A stretch of DNA of 64,000 nt. Origin: an uncultured Oscillospiraceae bacterium (lineage in GTDB: Bacteria > Bacillota > Clostridia > Oscillospirales > Oscillospiraceae). Of this stretch, positions 1 to 10,278 are shown piece after piece. Both the position numbers and the translations under genes were made by a program. Location of the stretch: assembly GCA_964624925.1 (NCBI GenBank), contig CAZUYE010000002.1, forward strand, positions 688 through 64,687, read 5' to 3'. Within the stretch, counting starts at the first letter, position 1, and each line of letters begins with the position of its first letter. Under the pieces are notes generated by a model. It made no database searches. It had not been told where the DNA came from and saw only the letters and a program-made list of their open reading frames with translations.

Positions 1-360
1 GGCAGCGGCCTTGGCGGACAGGACGGACTTGAGAGCCAGTCTCTTGACCTTCTTGTTCAGAACGTAAGAGTAGCTGCGGGGCTTGGGGGCGAACACGATG
101 CCGCCGTGGGTCCACTGAGGGGCGCGGGTGCTGCCCTGACGGGCGTGACCGGTACCCTTCTGGCGCCAGGGCTTCTTGCCGCCGCCGGAGACCTCTGCAC
201 GGGTCAGAGCGCTCTGAGTGCCCTGTCTGCAGTTGGCCAGGTGGTTCTTCACCACTTCGTGCACGACGGCCTGATTGGGCTCGATGCCAAAGATGCTGTC
301 GCACAGTTCAACAGTGCCGACCTCAGCGCCGGCCATGTTCAACACTTTGATAGTAGACAT
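1..360 (-). CDS. rplD: 50S ribosomal protein L4 (partial, runs off the window start)
   Basis: Hand translation from ATG at 360: [11 protein letters not shown]...[39 protein letters not shown]; follows rplC; not in ORF track. Confidence 0.97.
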   Translation of the reverse strand, partial: MSTIKVLNMAGAEVGTVELCDSIFGIEPNQAVVHEVVKNHLANCRQGTQSALTRAEVSGGGKKPWRQKGTGHARQGSTRAPQWTHGGIVFAPKPRSYSYVLNKKVKRLALKSVLSAKAAA

Positions 361-377
361 TTCAAGCACTCCTTTCC

Positions 378-1097
378 TTACTTAGTACGGGCGGAAGCCT
401 TCTGGGGATTACGGCCGGAAGCCTTCTGCGGGTTGTTGCTGATGCCGGACTCGACATTCTTGACACGGTGGGTCTTGACGGTGGTCTTGATGAGCACCAG
501 GCCGCCCTTGGGGCCAGGCACCGCACCGCGGATGGCGATCAGGTTCAGCTCGGGATCGACCTTGACCACGTCCAGGTTCTGGATGGTAACCTGGTCGCAG
601 CCCATCTGGCCGGCGCCGATCTTGCCCTTGAAGATGCGGGAAGGATCGGTGGTGGAGCCCATGGAACCAGCGTGACGATGGACGGGGCCGCCGCCGTGGC
701 TCATGGGGGTGCGGCCGGCGCCGTGGCGCTTGATGACGCCCTGGTAGCCGTGACCCTTGGTGGTGCCGGTCACGTCCACGAAATCGCCGACCTTAAAGGT
801 ATCGGCCTTGATGATGTCGCCGGCGTTGAGCTCAGCGGCATTGTCCAGGTCGAACTCGCGCAGGTACTTCTTGGGGCCCACGCCGGCCTTGGCCAGGTGA
901 CCCACCTCGGGCTTGGTGAGCTTCCGCTCGGGAAGGTCCTCAAAACCCAGCTGAACGGCGCTGTAGCCGTCCTTTTCGGCAGTCTTCTTCTGCACGACCA
1001 CGCAGGGGCCCGCCTCGATAACGGTGACGGGGATCACCTTGCCGTTTTCGTCGAAGATCTGAGACATGCCAACTTTCTTGCCGATGATTGCTTTCAT
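378..1097 (-). CDS. rplC: 50S ribosomal protein L3
   Basis: [15 protein letters not shown]...[21 protein letters not shown]; S10 operon order. Confidence 0.98.
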   Translation of the reverse strand: MKAIIGKKVGMSQIFDENGKVIPVTVIEAGPCVVVQKKTAEKDGYSAVQLGFEDLPERKLTKPEVGHLAKAGVGPKKYLREFDLDNAAELNAGDIIKADTFKVGDFVDVTGTTKGHGYQGVIKRHGAGRTPMSHGGGPVHRHAGSMGSTTDPSRIFKGKIGAGQMGCDQVTIQNLDVVKVDPELNLIAIRGAVPGPKGGLVLIKTTVKTHRVKNVESGISNNPQKASGRNPQKASARTK

Positions 1098-1271
1098 GTA
1101 TGATCCTCCTTAAAGGTTATTGGTCGACATAGGTTCAGTCCGCATTGGGATCGGACCGCTTGCTCTGCCGACGTAACCCCCATCCGCCTCACGCAAGTCA
1201 GCGGATGGCTGGGCAGCAAGCGAATTGCTTTTTGCCGGAACGCTCCGGCGGGGATTGGGAAGGGACGTCCC

Positions 1272-1580
1272 TTACAGCTTGATCTCGATCTCCACGCCGG
1301 CGGGCAGATCCAGGGCCATCAGGGCCTCGACGGTCTTGGGGGTGGAGTTGGTGATGTCGATCAGACGCTTGTGGGTGCGGCGCTCGAACTGCTCACGGCT
1401 GTCCTTATACTTGTGCGTCGCGCGCAGGATGGTGACGATCTCCTTCTTGGTGGGCAGAGGGATGGGGCCGGACACGGTGGCGCCGGTGCGCTTGGCGGTC
1501 TCGACGATCTTCTCTGCGCTCTGGTCGATGACCTGGTGGTCATAGGCCTTCAGACGAATGCGAATCATTTCTTTTGCCAT
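1272..1580 (-). CDS. rpsJ: 30S ribosomal protein S10
   Basis: [10 protein letters not shown]...GPIPLPT...[11 protein letters not shown]. Confidence 0.99.
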   Translation of the reverse strand: MAKEMIRIRLKAYDHQVIDQSAEKIVETAKRTGATVSGPIPLPTKKEIVTILRATHKYKDSREQFERRTHKRLIDITNSTPKTVEALMALDLPAGVEIEIKL

Positions 1581-1866
1581 TTGGTTTGCTCCTCCATTAC
1601 TTCGTACGGTTTTGATTGCGTGACCAACTGCCGTACGGCGAGAAATTTCTTATACGCCGTTCCGTGCGTATCATTCCAGCTCACAAGAAACACCGGCGCT
1701 GAATCCGGCCGGTGTCCTTCTGGCGCAGCGATCTACGCTGACGTGCAGAATCTTCTCAGCCGCCCGATGATCGGACATACTCCCCGAAAGTTACCGGCTC
1801 GCGCCGCAATCTCCCGGTTCATCGCAGTGTAAGCGTCTCTGGGCGCATAATACCCCCACGCGCGTA
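1581..1866 (-). promoter_or_regulatory. Long (~285 nt) 5' leader of S10 operon, putative ribosomal-protein leader RNA
   Basis: Lies between promoter and rpsJ; contains GCGATGAACCGGGAGATTGC, resembling Firmicutes rpsJ leaders, plus several GC hairpins. Confidence 0.6.
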
Positions 1867-1873
1867 CCCATAT

Positions 1874-1902
1874 ATCATAATGGCTGAGGTCTGATTTGTC
1901 AA
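1874..1902 (-). promoter_or_regulatory. sigma-A promoter of S10 operon
   Basis: TTGACA-17bp-TATGAT on minus strand. Confidence 0.8.
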
Positions 1903-2005
1903 GTCCTTTTTTCTCTTTTTTGCCGAAATTTTTGAGAAATTTTCAGCGCTTTGCCGGGGCGGGTCAGCGCCCGGTCTGCGCTTGGGACAGGCCGGGCGCT
2001 ATACC

Positions 2006-2722
2006 TTATTTAATAAGCAGCTGGATGGCGTACAGCACCAGGAAGTGGATGGGGTAGATGAGGTAATAGCCCCACTGGAAGAGTTTGCTCTTGCGGCCGC
2101 GCTGGCCGTTATACAGCAGCAGAATGGGGATGGCAGCCAGGACGGCGAAGCGCGTCCAGAGGGTGCCGTTGGTGCTGACCACGAAGAACAGCGCCACATG
2201 GATCAGCCAGCCGAACAGGAAGGCACCCCACTTCTTCACCGGCTGATCCCGGAAGGCGCCGAAGCCCACGATCCAGATCACGGCCACGAAGTTCCAGTTG
2301 CCAGGGTAGGCCAGGATGCAACACAGGCCCACCAGGGCCAGACGCCAGAACCAGTGGATGCTCTTGCGCTCCCAGATGCTCAGGGCCAGCAGGCCCAGGA
2401 ACAGGCTCCACATCACGCTGGTATACTTCCAGAACTCCAGTATCGGGAAGCCGCAGGCCAAGGCGTGGGGCACATGGGAGATCAGCGCGCCCAGCAGCAG
2501 GCGGCCCATATAGCGCTTCAGGTCGTGGGTGTGGTGATAGCCCTCTGCGATGAAGTAGCACATGATGGGGGCGGTGAGCATACCGAAGCAGAACAACAGG
2601 TAGTAAGCCAGGCCCTCCGCGTGCATGAAGAAGATAGCGCTGTGCTGGCAGATCATGGCGATCACGGCCAGCAATTTCAGGCTGTTGGAGTTCAGCCCTT
2701 TGGTGTTTCCGATTGTTTTCAT
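2006..2722 (-). CDS. TraX-family membrane (acyltransferase-like) protein
   Basis: LKLLAVIAMICQH, EGYHHT..KRY, C-terminal YNGQRG...YYLIYPIH; multi-TM. Confidence 0.85.
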   Translation of the reverse strand: MKTIGNTKGLNSNSLKLLAVIAMICQHSAIFFMHAEGLAYYLLFCFGMLTAPIMCYFIAEGYHHTHDLKRYMGRLLLGALISHVPHALACGFPILEFWKYTSVMWSLFLGLLALSIWERKSIHWFWRLALVGLCCILAYPGNWNFVAVIWIVGFGAFRDQPVKKWGAFLFGWLIHVALFFVVSTNGTLWTRFAVLAAIPILLLYNGQRGRKSKLFQWGYYLIYPIHFLVLYAIQLLIK

Positions 2723-2870
2723 GTAATGTTCTCTCTTACTCTTTTTTTGCGTGGAATTTATAATGATTATATAGGTATGTCAGCATTTGTCAATATATAA
2801 GTTTTGGATGTTTGTCTGTTTTTAGGATGAAAACAGGGCGGAGACACACGCTCCGCCCTGTGAGGGTTAC

Positions 2871-3869
2871 TTATTGCGCCGCCTTTTGGGCGAAGCTGTT
2901 GTCTACCAGGCGGTCAAAGTCCACCCACTGGTCACGGCTCAGCTCGCCGGCCTGGGTCATGACGGTTTCCAGACGCTCCAGGGACTCCTGCTCCATCACC
3001 GGCGTGCGGTTCCAGGCGTCGATCTCCCGGTGCCGGGCGCAGACGCGCTCCAGAACATCCAGCTCCGTATCCGGAAACTGGTCGCAGATGGCCTGGGCTA
3101 CCTCGCGATCCGTGTGCTCCGCCATCCACTGCTGGGCCCGGGCGATGGCGTTGACAAAACGCTGTACCGTGTCGGGGTGGGCCTGCACATAACTGCGGTT
3201 GGCAAAATACGCCGTGTAGGGAATCTCGCCGCTCTCCTGGCCGATGGAGCAGAGGATATAGCCCTTGCCGGCCAGTTCCAGCTCCGTGGCCGTGGGCTCA
3301 AACAGGGTCACATAGTCCCCGTTGCCGCCGGTGAAGGCGCCGGCCATCATGTTGAACTGCACGGAGGTGTCCACCGTCACATCCTGCTGGGGCTCCAGGC
3401 CCTTCTGCCGCAGGACGTATTCCAGGGTCATCTCCGGCACGCCGCCGGCCCGGCCGCCGATGACGCTGCTGCCCCGCAGCTGCTCCCAAGAGAAGGGGCC
3501 CAGGGTGCGGCCCACCAGGAAGGAGCCGTCCCGCTTGGTCAGCTGGGCGAAGATCACCGGGTGATCCTCCTTGCCCTGGTTGTAGACATAGATGGCGGCC
3601 TCCGGCCCGGCCAGGCCAATATCCGCCTGGCCCGACACCACGGCGGTCATCACCTTGTCGGCACCGCCGCCGTTGCTCAGCTCTACCTCCAGGCCCTCCT
3701 GGCGGAAGAAACCCTGGCTCATGGCCACATACTGCGGCGCATAGAACACCGAGTGGGTCACCTCATTCAGCCGCACCCGCTCCGGCGCATCGGTACCGCT
3801 GCCACAGCCGGGCAGTAGCGCCAGGCACAGCAGGGCCATACAAATATAAATAACGATCCTCTGTCTCAC
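2871..3869 (-). CDS. NitT/TauT ABC substrate-binding lipoprotein (YtlA-like)
   Basis: Lipobox LLPGC; EVTHSVFYAPQYVA; GTG start overlaps permease stop (GTGA). Confidence 0.85.
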   Translation of the reverse strand: MRQRIVIYICMALLCLALLPGCGSGTDAPERVRLNEVTHSVFYAPQYVAMSQGFFRQEGLEVELSNGGGADKVMTAVVSGQADIGLAGPEAAIYVYNQGKEDHPVIFAQLTKRDGSFLVGRTLGPFSWEQLRGSSVIGGRAGGVPEMTLEYVLRQKGLEPQQDVTVDTSVQFNMMAGAFTGGNGDYVTLFEPTATELELAGKGYILCSIGQESGEIPYTAYFANRSYVQAHPDTVQRFVNAIARAQQWMAEHTDREVAQAICDQFPDTELDVLERVCARHREIDAWNRTPVMEQESLERLETVMTQAGELSRDQWVDFDRLVDNSFAQKAAQ

Positions 3870-4681
3870 GTCTGAATCCCCCAATCATGTTGCAATTTCT
3901 TCTCACACAGCAGCACCAGGCGGTACATCAGCACTGCCGCCACTGCCAGCAGCAGCACGCTGCACATCACCAGATCCATGTTGAACACCTGCGAACCATA
4001 GACGATCAGATAGCCCAGTCCGGCCCGGGACACCAGGAACTCGCCCATGATGACCCCCACCCAGGACAGGCCCACATTGACCTTCAGCGTGGCAAACAGC
4101 GTGGGGCAGCTGGCCGGAAACACCAGCAGCCACAGGATTTGCCAGCGACTGGCACCCAACGAGCGCATCAGCCGCAGCTTCTCCGTATCCGTTCCTAAAA
4201 AGCCCTGATACATATTTAATATAGTAACGATCAGGGAAATGGCCAAGGTCATCACGATGATGGCCCCCATGCCCGCCCCCATCCACACGATGAAGATGGG
4301 GCCCAGGGCCGTTTTGGGCAGGGCGTTGAGCACCACCAGATAGGGCGAGAGCACACGGGCCAGCCCCTCCCACCACCACATGGCCACGGCCACAGCGCAG
4401 CCTAGCAGCGTACCGGCCAGAAAGCCCAGCACCGTCTCCAGGCAGGAGATGCCGATGTGCTCCAGCAGCGCCCCGCCCTGGCACAGGGACAGAAAGCTGG
4501 CCAGCATCCGGCTGGGGCTGCTGATGACAAAGCCGTCCACCAGGCCCAGGGCAGTGGTCAGCTCCCAGAGGCCGAACAGGGCCAGCAGCAGGCCCAGCTG
4601 CCAGGCCCTTATCCGCCGCCGCTGCCGCTGCTGCTGTCGCAGCCACAGAGCCCGCCGGGCGGTGGGCCGATTATCCGTCAT
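3866..4681 (-). CDS. NitT/TauT ABC permease (YtlD-like)
   Basis: LNALPKTALGP, EAA-like loop MRSLGASRWQ, GVIMGEFL..GLGYLI. Confidence 0.9.
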   Translation of the reverse strand: MTDNRPTARRALWLRQQQRQRRRIRAWQLGLLLALFGLWELTTALGLVDGFVISSPSRMLASFLSLCQGGALLEHIGISCLETVLGFLAGTLLGCAVAVAMWWWEGLARVLSPYLVVLNALPKTALGPIFIVWMGAGMGAIIVMTLAISLIVTILNMYQGFLGTDTEKLRLMRSLGASRWQILWLLVFPASCPTLFATLKVNVGLSWVGVIMGEFLVSRAGLGYLIVYGSQVFNMDLVMCSVLLLAVAAVLMYRLVLLCEKKLQHDWGIQT

Positions 4682-5432
4682 GCAGCTCCAGCTCCTTCCA
4701 AATGGTATTAAAATAGTTGTGAAACTGCGGGGTATCCTGCCGCTCCATGGGCGACAGGGCCCGCAGGGGCGCCAGGTCGTGCACTGCCTTCACCGTGGCC
4801 GGACGACGGCTCAGCACCACCACCCGGTCGGACATACGCAGCGCCTCGCCGATGTCGTGGGTCACCAGCAGGGCGGTTTTGCCCTCCTGCCGAATGATCC
4901 GGTGGATGTCCGCCGATACGGACAGCCGCGTCTGGAAGTCCAGGGCGGAGAATGGCTCATCCAGCAGCAGAATGGCCGGTTCCGCCGCCAGGGTGCGGAT
5001 CAGGGCGCAGCGCTGCCGCATCCCGCCGGACAGCTGCCCGGGCTTTTTATCCCGAAAGCCCTCCAGGCCATAGCGCCGCAGCAGCTCCTCCACCCGCTGC
5101 CGGGCCTGGGGCGTGTTGCGCCCCTGCACGCTTAGCCCCAGGGTCACATTGTCCCAGATACTCCGCCAGGGGAACAGCTGATCCTGCTGCGGCATGAAGC
5201 CCACCCGGGACGAGGGCCCCGTCACCGGGCGGCCATCCACTTCCAGCTCTCCCCCACTCAGCCGCTCCAGGCCCGCCAGGGCCGACAGCAGCGTGGACTT
5301 ACCGCAGCCGGAGGGGCCCACGATGCTGCAGAAGGCCCCCTCCTCCACATCCAGCGACACGTCCCGTAGGGCTTCCACCTCCCCGTCCGGGGCCTGATAG
5401 ACAAAGGCGGCGTGCCGGAGATGTATCATCAT
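4671..5432 (-). CDS. NitT/TauT ABC ATP-binding protein (YtlC-like)
   Basis: GPSGCGKS, LSGGMRQR, LLLDEPFSALD; start moved to ATG 5432 after GAGGAGG RBS. Confidence 0.92.
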   Translation of the reverse strand: MMIHLRHAAFVYQAPDGEVEALRDVSLDVEEGAFCSIVGPSGCGKSTLLSALAGLERLSGGELEVDGRPVTGPSSRVGFMPQQDQLFPWRSIWDNVTLGLSVQGRNTPQARQRVEELLRRYGLEGFRDKKPGQLSGGMRQRCALIRTLAAEPAILLLDEPFSALDFQTRLSVSADIHRIIRQEGKTALLVTHDIGEALRMSDRVVVLSRRPATVKAVHDLAPLRALSPMERQDTPQFHNYFNTIWKELELHDG

Positions 5433-5594
5433 GTCCGTGTCTTCCTCCTCTGCTTCGATTACCGGGCCACTGCCGGGCCCGGGTGGAGATCCTCTCTCCG
5501 TCACCATCCTATGCGCCACCCCCTGCGGCGCGTGCGCGCGTGTTAAATTACCATATTTTTTTCGGTTATTACCATTATTATATATCGAAACCGC

Positions 5595-5623
5595 TTGACA
5601 AGGACAAATGTTTATGGTAATCT
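5595..5623 (+). promoter_or_regulatory. Probable sigma-A promoter
   Basis: TTGACA-17bp-TAATCT with TG extension. Confidence 0.5.
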
Positions 5624-5679
5624 TGGTTTGTGCGCAAAACCACTGCGTCCATTCCTTAAGGACGGAAGGAGCAATCCCC

Positions 5680-7272
5680 ATGGAAGAATACTATCTCAAT
5701 GACCCACTGAATCTGAAGGATCTGATCCAGGCTGTCACCGGCTTTCTGCATGACAAGAACCCGGACTCACAGCTGGACACTATGCTGGACTTTTTGAAGT
5801 GCCTGTTCCGGGACAATGTGATCGCCGGCTTCAGCGAAAAGGCCCCGAAGGATGTTGTGGTCGATATGCAGAAGCTCTTGAGCGGCACTCCCCTGCCCAA
5901 GAGCTACAATGCGTTTTTTGAGAGCCTGCAGAACGGACAGCTGGACGAGGCGCTGCGGGCCAATCTGCAGGCTGTGCTGAGCGCCATTGACAGCGCTTCC
6001 GGCAGCGCCGCCTTTTGGCGGAGTCTGCGGGGCAGCATCATCTTCCCCTTCTTTTCGCGGGAGGAGGCAGCGCAGCTGCGGGAGCTGATCGACGGGAAAG
6101 AATACGAGAGCTGCCTGCTGGAGCTGCTCAGGCACGGCTTTTTGAACTGGAAAGGCATCCCGGCCTTTTCCGCACGCCACGCCTACGAGGAGGCGCAAAC
6201 CTACGACTTCGACAGCCCGCCCCGCTACAAGCTGCTGAAGCTGGCCGCCGACCTGGGCCACGAGCGGGCCGCCCAGGAATACGGCAACTATGCCCACCGG
6301 ATGTACCATGACCGGCAGCAGGCCGACTATCTGGCCGATGCCTTCCGCTATACCCTGAAGGCCCTGCCCCTGCCCAGTGCCCTGTGGAACCTGGCCTATC
6401 AGCTGATGGGACAGGATCTCAGCCGCGAGCAGGTGGACGAGCTGCGCCGCACCATCAACCTGGACAAGAAGTTCAAGGGGCCGGAGTTTGAGACAGTTCT
6501 GCCAGAGCTGGACTATGTGCACTGCATGGCCGACACGGCAATGCAGCAGCGCTCCTATGAGCTGGCCTACCGCATCAGTTTCTACCTGGCCTACAGCGGC
6601 TTTGCCAAGGGCTTCAATTCCCTGTACGTTCTGCTGCGCATGGACAAGTACGGCTTTGAGCTGACGGATAAGGCTCCTTTTGCCGACAAGGCGGCGCTGG
6701 CCGACCACTATCTGGAGCAGTCCGCCGCCAACGGCTGCCTCTTTGCCATGCAAAACGCCGGGCTGGCCGACTGCAGGCGCCTGATGCAGCGCTACAGAGA
6801 GGGCACCGCCGTGGAGCCGCAGGAGCTGGCCTATACCCGGCAAATGCTGCAGACCGCCGCCTCCTATGGCATGGCCCGCAGCGCCGTGGCACTGGGTGAG
6901 CTGTATCTGGACGGCCCCGATCCGGATCCTGACCAGGCGCAGAAGTGGCTGGAGCTGGCCGTCAGCTACAACAGCCACAACGTCCGCGCTCTGTGCGGCC
7001 TGGGCCGCCTGGCCAACAGCTCGGAGAAAAAATTGCAGCGTTTCCAGCAGGCCATGCGTGCCGGCAGCGACGAGCAGGCCGGGGCCGCGGATCGGCAGCT
7101 GGCCGCCCACGCCGCGCTGCTCTATGCGGAGGAATGCAGCCGACAATACGCTCTCAGCAGCAATTTTGAGCTTTTGAAGGATGCAGACAAGTTTGTCCGC
7201 GCCTTCCGCTCCCAGATGAGTCCCGCGGATCAGAAGCTGGCCGCGCAGTATCTTCTCTCCAGCGAATCATGA
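5680..7272 (+). CDS. Helical-repeat (Sel1/TPR-like) protein
   Basis: AADLGHERAAQEYG, SAANGCLFAMQNAG, AASYGMARSAVALGELY...AQKWLELA; RBS AAGGAG before ATG 5680. Confidence 0.65.
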   Translation: MEEYYLNDPLNLKDLIQAVTGFLHDKNPDSQLDTMLDFLKCLFRDNVIAGFSEKAPKDVVVDMQKLLSGTPLPKSYNAFFESLQNGQLDEALRANLQAVLSAIDSASGSAAFWRSLRGSIIFPFFSREEAAQLRELIDGKEYESCLLELLRHGFLNWKGIPAFSARHAYEEAQTYDFDSPPRYKLLKLAADLGHERAAQEYGNYAHRMYHDRQQADYLADAFRYTLKALPLPSALWNLAYQLMGQDLSREQVDELRRTINLDKKFKGPEFETVLPELDYVHCMADTAMQQRSYELAYRISFYLAYSGFAKGFNSLYVLLRMDKYGFELTDKAPFADKAALADHYLEQSAANGCLFAMQNAGLADCRRLMQRYREGTAVEPQELAYTRQMLQTAASYGMARSAVALGELYLDGPDPDPDQAQKWLELAVSYNSHNVRALCGLGRLANSSEKKLQRFQQAMRAGSDEQAGAADRQLAAHAALLYAEECSRQYALSSNFELLKDADKFVRAFRSQMSPADQKLAAQYLLSSES

Positions 7273-7283
7273 TGGTTGATAAG

Positions 7284-7320
7284 CAGGGCCGCCGGGAAAC
7301 CGGCGGCCCTGGTATTTTCC
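7284..7320 (+). terminator. Probable intrinsic terminator
   Basis: CAGGGCCGCCGG-GAAA-CCGGCGGCCCTG followed by TATTTT. Confidence 0.7.
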
Positions 7321-7453
7321 GTAAAAAACAGCATATTTTCTGCATCGTCCTTGCTTTTTTTAACAGCAGCCGTTATAATAAACTTGTAAAGGTGTCTGTC
7401 CCGGCCCTCGGGGGCCGGGCGGGAACAGAAAACAAGAGAAAGTAGGTGGCGGC

Positions 7454-9001
7454 ATGGAGCAATCTCCCCAGTATGTGATCGAAATGCTTCACATCACCAA
7501 GGAGTTCCCCGGCATCAAGGCCAACGACGACATCACCCTGCAGCTTCGCAAGGGCGAAATTCACGCCCTTTTGGGCGAGAACGGCGCCGGTAAATCCACG
7601 CTGATGTCCGTCCTCTTCGGCCTGTATCAGCCGGAGGAGGGCGAAATTCGCAAAAACGGAAAGACAGTTAAGATCAACGACCCCAACGACGCAACGGCTC
7701 TGGGCATCGGCATGGTGCACCAGCACTTCAAGCTGATTGAGGTGTTCACCGTTCTGGACAACATCATCCTGGGCGCGGAGAGCACCAAGCTGGGCTTTTT
7801 GCAGCGCAAGGAGGCCCGCCAGAAGGTGCAGGAGCTGTCTCAGCGCTATGGCCTGCGGGTGGATCTGGATGCCAAGGTGGAGGATATCACCGTTGGTATG
7901 CAGCAGCGCGTGGAGATCCTGAAGATGCTCTATCGCGACAACGAGATCCTCATCTTCGACGAGCCCACCGCCGTCCTGACCCCCCAGGAGATCGACGAGC
8001 TCATGGAGATCATGCGCAGCCTGACCAAGGAAGGTAAGTCCATCCTCTTCATCTCCCACAAGCTCAACGAGATCATGGCCGTGGCAGACCGGGTCACCGT
8101 TCTGCGCAAGGGCCGCTATGTGGGCACCGTCAACACCGCCGACACCAACAAGCAGGAGCTGTCCAACATGATGGTGGGCCGCCCCGTGCAGCTGGAGGTG
8201 ACGAAGGAGCCCGCCAAGCCCGCAGAGCCCGTGCTGCGCATCCGGCACATGAGCGTGCCCTCCCACCAGGCCAAGAAGGACGCCGTCCACGACGTGAGCC
8301 TGGAGGTACGGGCCGGTGAGATCGTCTGCATCGCCGGTATCGATGGCAACGGCCAAACGGAGTTCGTCCACGGCCTGACCGGTCTGGATAGAATCAGCGC
8401 CGGTACCGTGGAGCTGTGCGGCCAGAACATCACCCACGCCTCCATCCGCCGCAAAGGTGAGCACATGAGCCACATCCCCGAGGATCGGCACAAGCACGGT
8501 CTGGTGCTGGACTTCACCCTGGAGCAGAACATGGTGCTGCAGCGCTATCTGGAACCCGACTTCCAGAGGGCCGGCTTCATCAAGTCGAAGGCCGTGCGCT
8601 CCTATGCCCAGCAGCTCATTGAGCAGTACGACGTGCGCAGTGGCCAGGGCCCCGTTACCGTCGCCCGCAGCATGTCCGGCGGCAACCAGCAGAAGGCCAT
8701 CATCGCCCGCGAGGTGGACCGCGACAAGGAGCTCATCGTGGCGGTGCAGCCCACCCGCGGCCTGGACGTGGGCGCCATTGAGTATATCCACAGCCAGCTG
8801 GTGGCCGAGCGCGACCGCGGCAAGGCCGTGCTGCTGATCTCCCTGGAGCTGGACGAGGTCATGAGCCTGTCCGACCGCATCCTGGTGATGTATGAGGGCC
8901 AGATCGTGGGCCAGTTGAATCCGAAAACCACCACCGTGGCCGAGCTGGGCCTGTATATGTCCGGCGCCAAACGGGATCAGATGGGAGGCGAACAGGCATG
9001 A
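7454..9001 (+). CDS. Nucleoside/sugar (CUT2) ABC ATP-binding protein, NupA-like
   Basis: GENGAGKSTLM, DEPTAVLT, second domain SGGNQQK, QPTRGLDVGA. Confidence 0.92.
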   Translation: MEQSPQYVIEMLHITKEFPGIKANDDITLQLRKGEIHALLGENGAGKSTLMSVLFGLYQPEEGEIRKNGKTVKINDPNDATALGIGMVHQHFKLIEVFTVLDNIILGAESTKLGFLQRKEARQKVQELSQRYGLRVDLDAKVEDITVGMQQRVEILKMLYRDNEILIFDEPTAVLTPQEIDELMEIMRSLTKEGKSILFISHKLNEIMAVADRVTVLRKGRYVGTVNTADTNKQELSNMMVGRPVQLEVTKEPAKPAEPVLRIRHMSVPSHQAKKDAVHDVSLEVRAGEIVCIAGIDGNGQTEFVHGLTGLDRISAGTVELCGQNITHASIRRKGEHMSHIPEDRHKHGLVLDFTLEQNMVLQRYLEPDFQRAGFIKSKAVRSYAQQLIEQYDVRSGQGPVTVARSMSGGNQQKAIIAREVDRDKELIVAVQPTRGLDVGAIEYIHSQLVAERDRGKAVLLISLELDEVMSLSDRILVMYEGQIVGQLNPKTTTVAELGLYMSGAKRDQMGGEQA

Positions 9002-10278
9002 AAAAGCTCTATGAAAAGGACGGAACCAAGAAGATCCTCTCGTCCATTATCTCCATTCTGGCAGGTCTGCTGGTAGGCGGTATCGTCGTGCTGATCGTGG
9101 GCCTGTGCAGCAGCAAGATGGGCCTGTCCAGCGCCTGGGACGGTATCCGCATCATCTTTGCCGGTATCTTCAGCACCGGCCGCGACAATGTTGGCGCCCT
9201 GACCTGGGGCTTCAACCCCGTCAGCTGGGGCAATATGCTCTTCCGCGCCATGCCCCTTGTCATGACGGGCCTGTCTGTGGCTGTGGCCTTCAAGACGGGT
9301 CTGTTCAACATCGGCGCACCGGGCCAGTATCTGATGAGCACCCTGGCCACGCTGTACATCGCCCTGTCCATCCCCACCACCGAGGTTCCGGCCGGTGTGG
9401 TGTGGCTGCTGGCCTTCCTGGGCGGCATCCTGGCCGGTGGTATCTGGGGTGCGCTGCCCGGTCTGGCCAAGGCCCTGCTGAACATCAACGAGGTGCTGGC
9501 CTGTATCATGACCAACTGGATCGCGGCCAACCTGGTGACATGGCTATTTGACATAGGTAATCTGAAAAACGTCACCGAGGGCACCAAGTCCGCTTACATC
9601 TATAAGACCAGCGTCAACGGCGTGGCCACCCCCAAGATGGGTCTGGATCAAATCTTCCCGGGCTCTCAGGTCAACGGCGGTATCATCATCGCCGCCATCA
9701 TTGCCATCTTGATGTACGTCATCATGAGCAAGACCACCCTGGGCTATGAGCTGAAGGCCTGCGGCGCCAACCGTCACGCCGCCCGCTACGCCGGTATCCG
9801 CGACAAGCGCAACATCGTGCTGTCCATGGCCATCGCCGGTGCGCTGGCCGGTGCGGGCGCTGCCCTGTACTATCTGTCCGGTAACACCGAGTTCTACTGG
9901 CAGACCTATCAGTCCCTGCCCGGCGAGGGCTTCAACGGCATCCCCGTGGCCCTGCTGGCGCTGAACAATCCCATCGCCGTCATCTTCACCGGCCTCTTCA
10001 TGGCTATGCTGAAGATCGTCGGTCAGCAGCTGACCAACCTGACGGCCTATAACGAGTACATCACCGATGTGATCATCTCCGTGATCGTGTATCTGTCCGC
10101 CTTCTCCCTGGTGATCCGCATGATGCTGGGCGGGCGGAAGAAGAAGGCCCCCGCCGTTACGGCTCCCACCCCGGCGGAAACCACCCCCAACGAGACAGAA
10201 ACGGAGCAAACGGAAGCAATTGAGCAAGAGGCGCAAGCCGAACAAGCGGAGCAAGCGAAAGGAGGCGAGCAGGCATGA
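8998..10278 (+). CDS. Nucleoside ABC permease, NupB-like
   Basis: GLFNIGAPGQY, NEV..IMTNWIA, GFNGIPVALL. Confidence 0.88.
   Translation: MKKLYEKDGTKKILSSIISILAGLLVGGIVVLIVGLCSSKMGLSSAWDGIRIIFAGIFSTGRDNVGALTWGFNPVSWGNMLFRAMPLVMTGLSVAVAFKTGLFNIGAPGQYLMSTLATLYIALSIPTTEVPAGVVWLLAFLGGILAGGIWGALPGLAKALLNINEVLACIMTNWIAANLVTWLFDIGNLKNVTEGTKSAYIYKTSVNGVATPKMGLDQIFPGSQVNGGIIIAAIIAILMYVIMSKTTLGYELKACGANRHAARYAGIRDKRNIVLSMAIAGALAGAGAALYYLSGNTEFYWQTYQSLPGEGFNGIPVALLALNNPIAVIFTGLFMAMLKIVGQQLTNLTAYNEYITDVIISVIVYLSAFSLVIRMMLGGRKKKAPAVTAPTPAETTPNETETEQTEAIEQEAQAEQAEQAKGGEQA

Noticed and set aside
2006-2722. TraX as evidence of a conjugative element
   Set aside because: Stand-alone TraX-family genes are common in Clostridia; no other tra genes nearby
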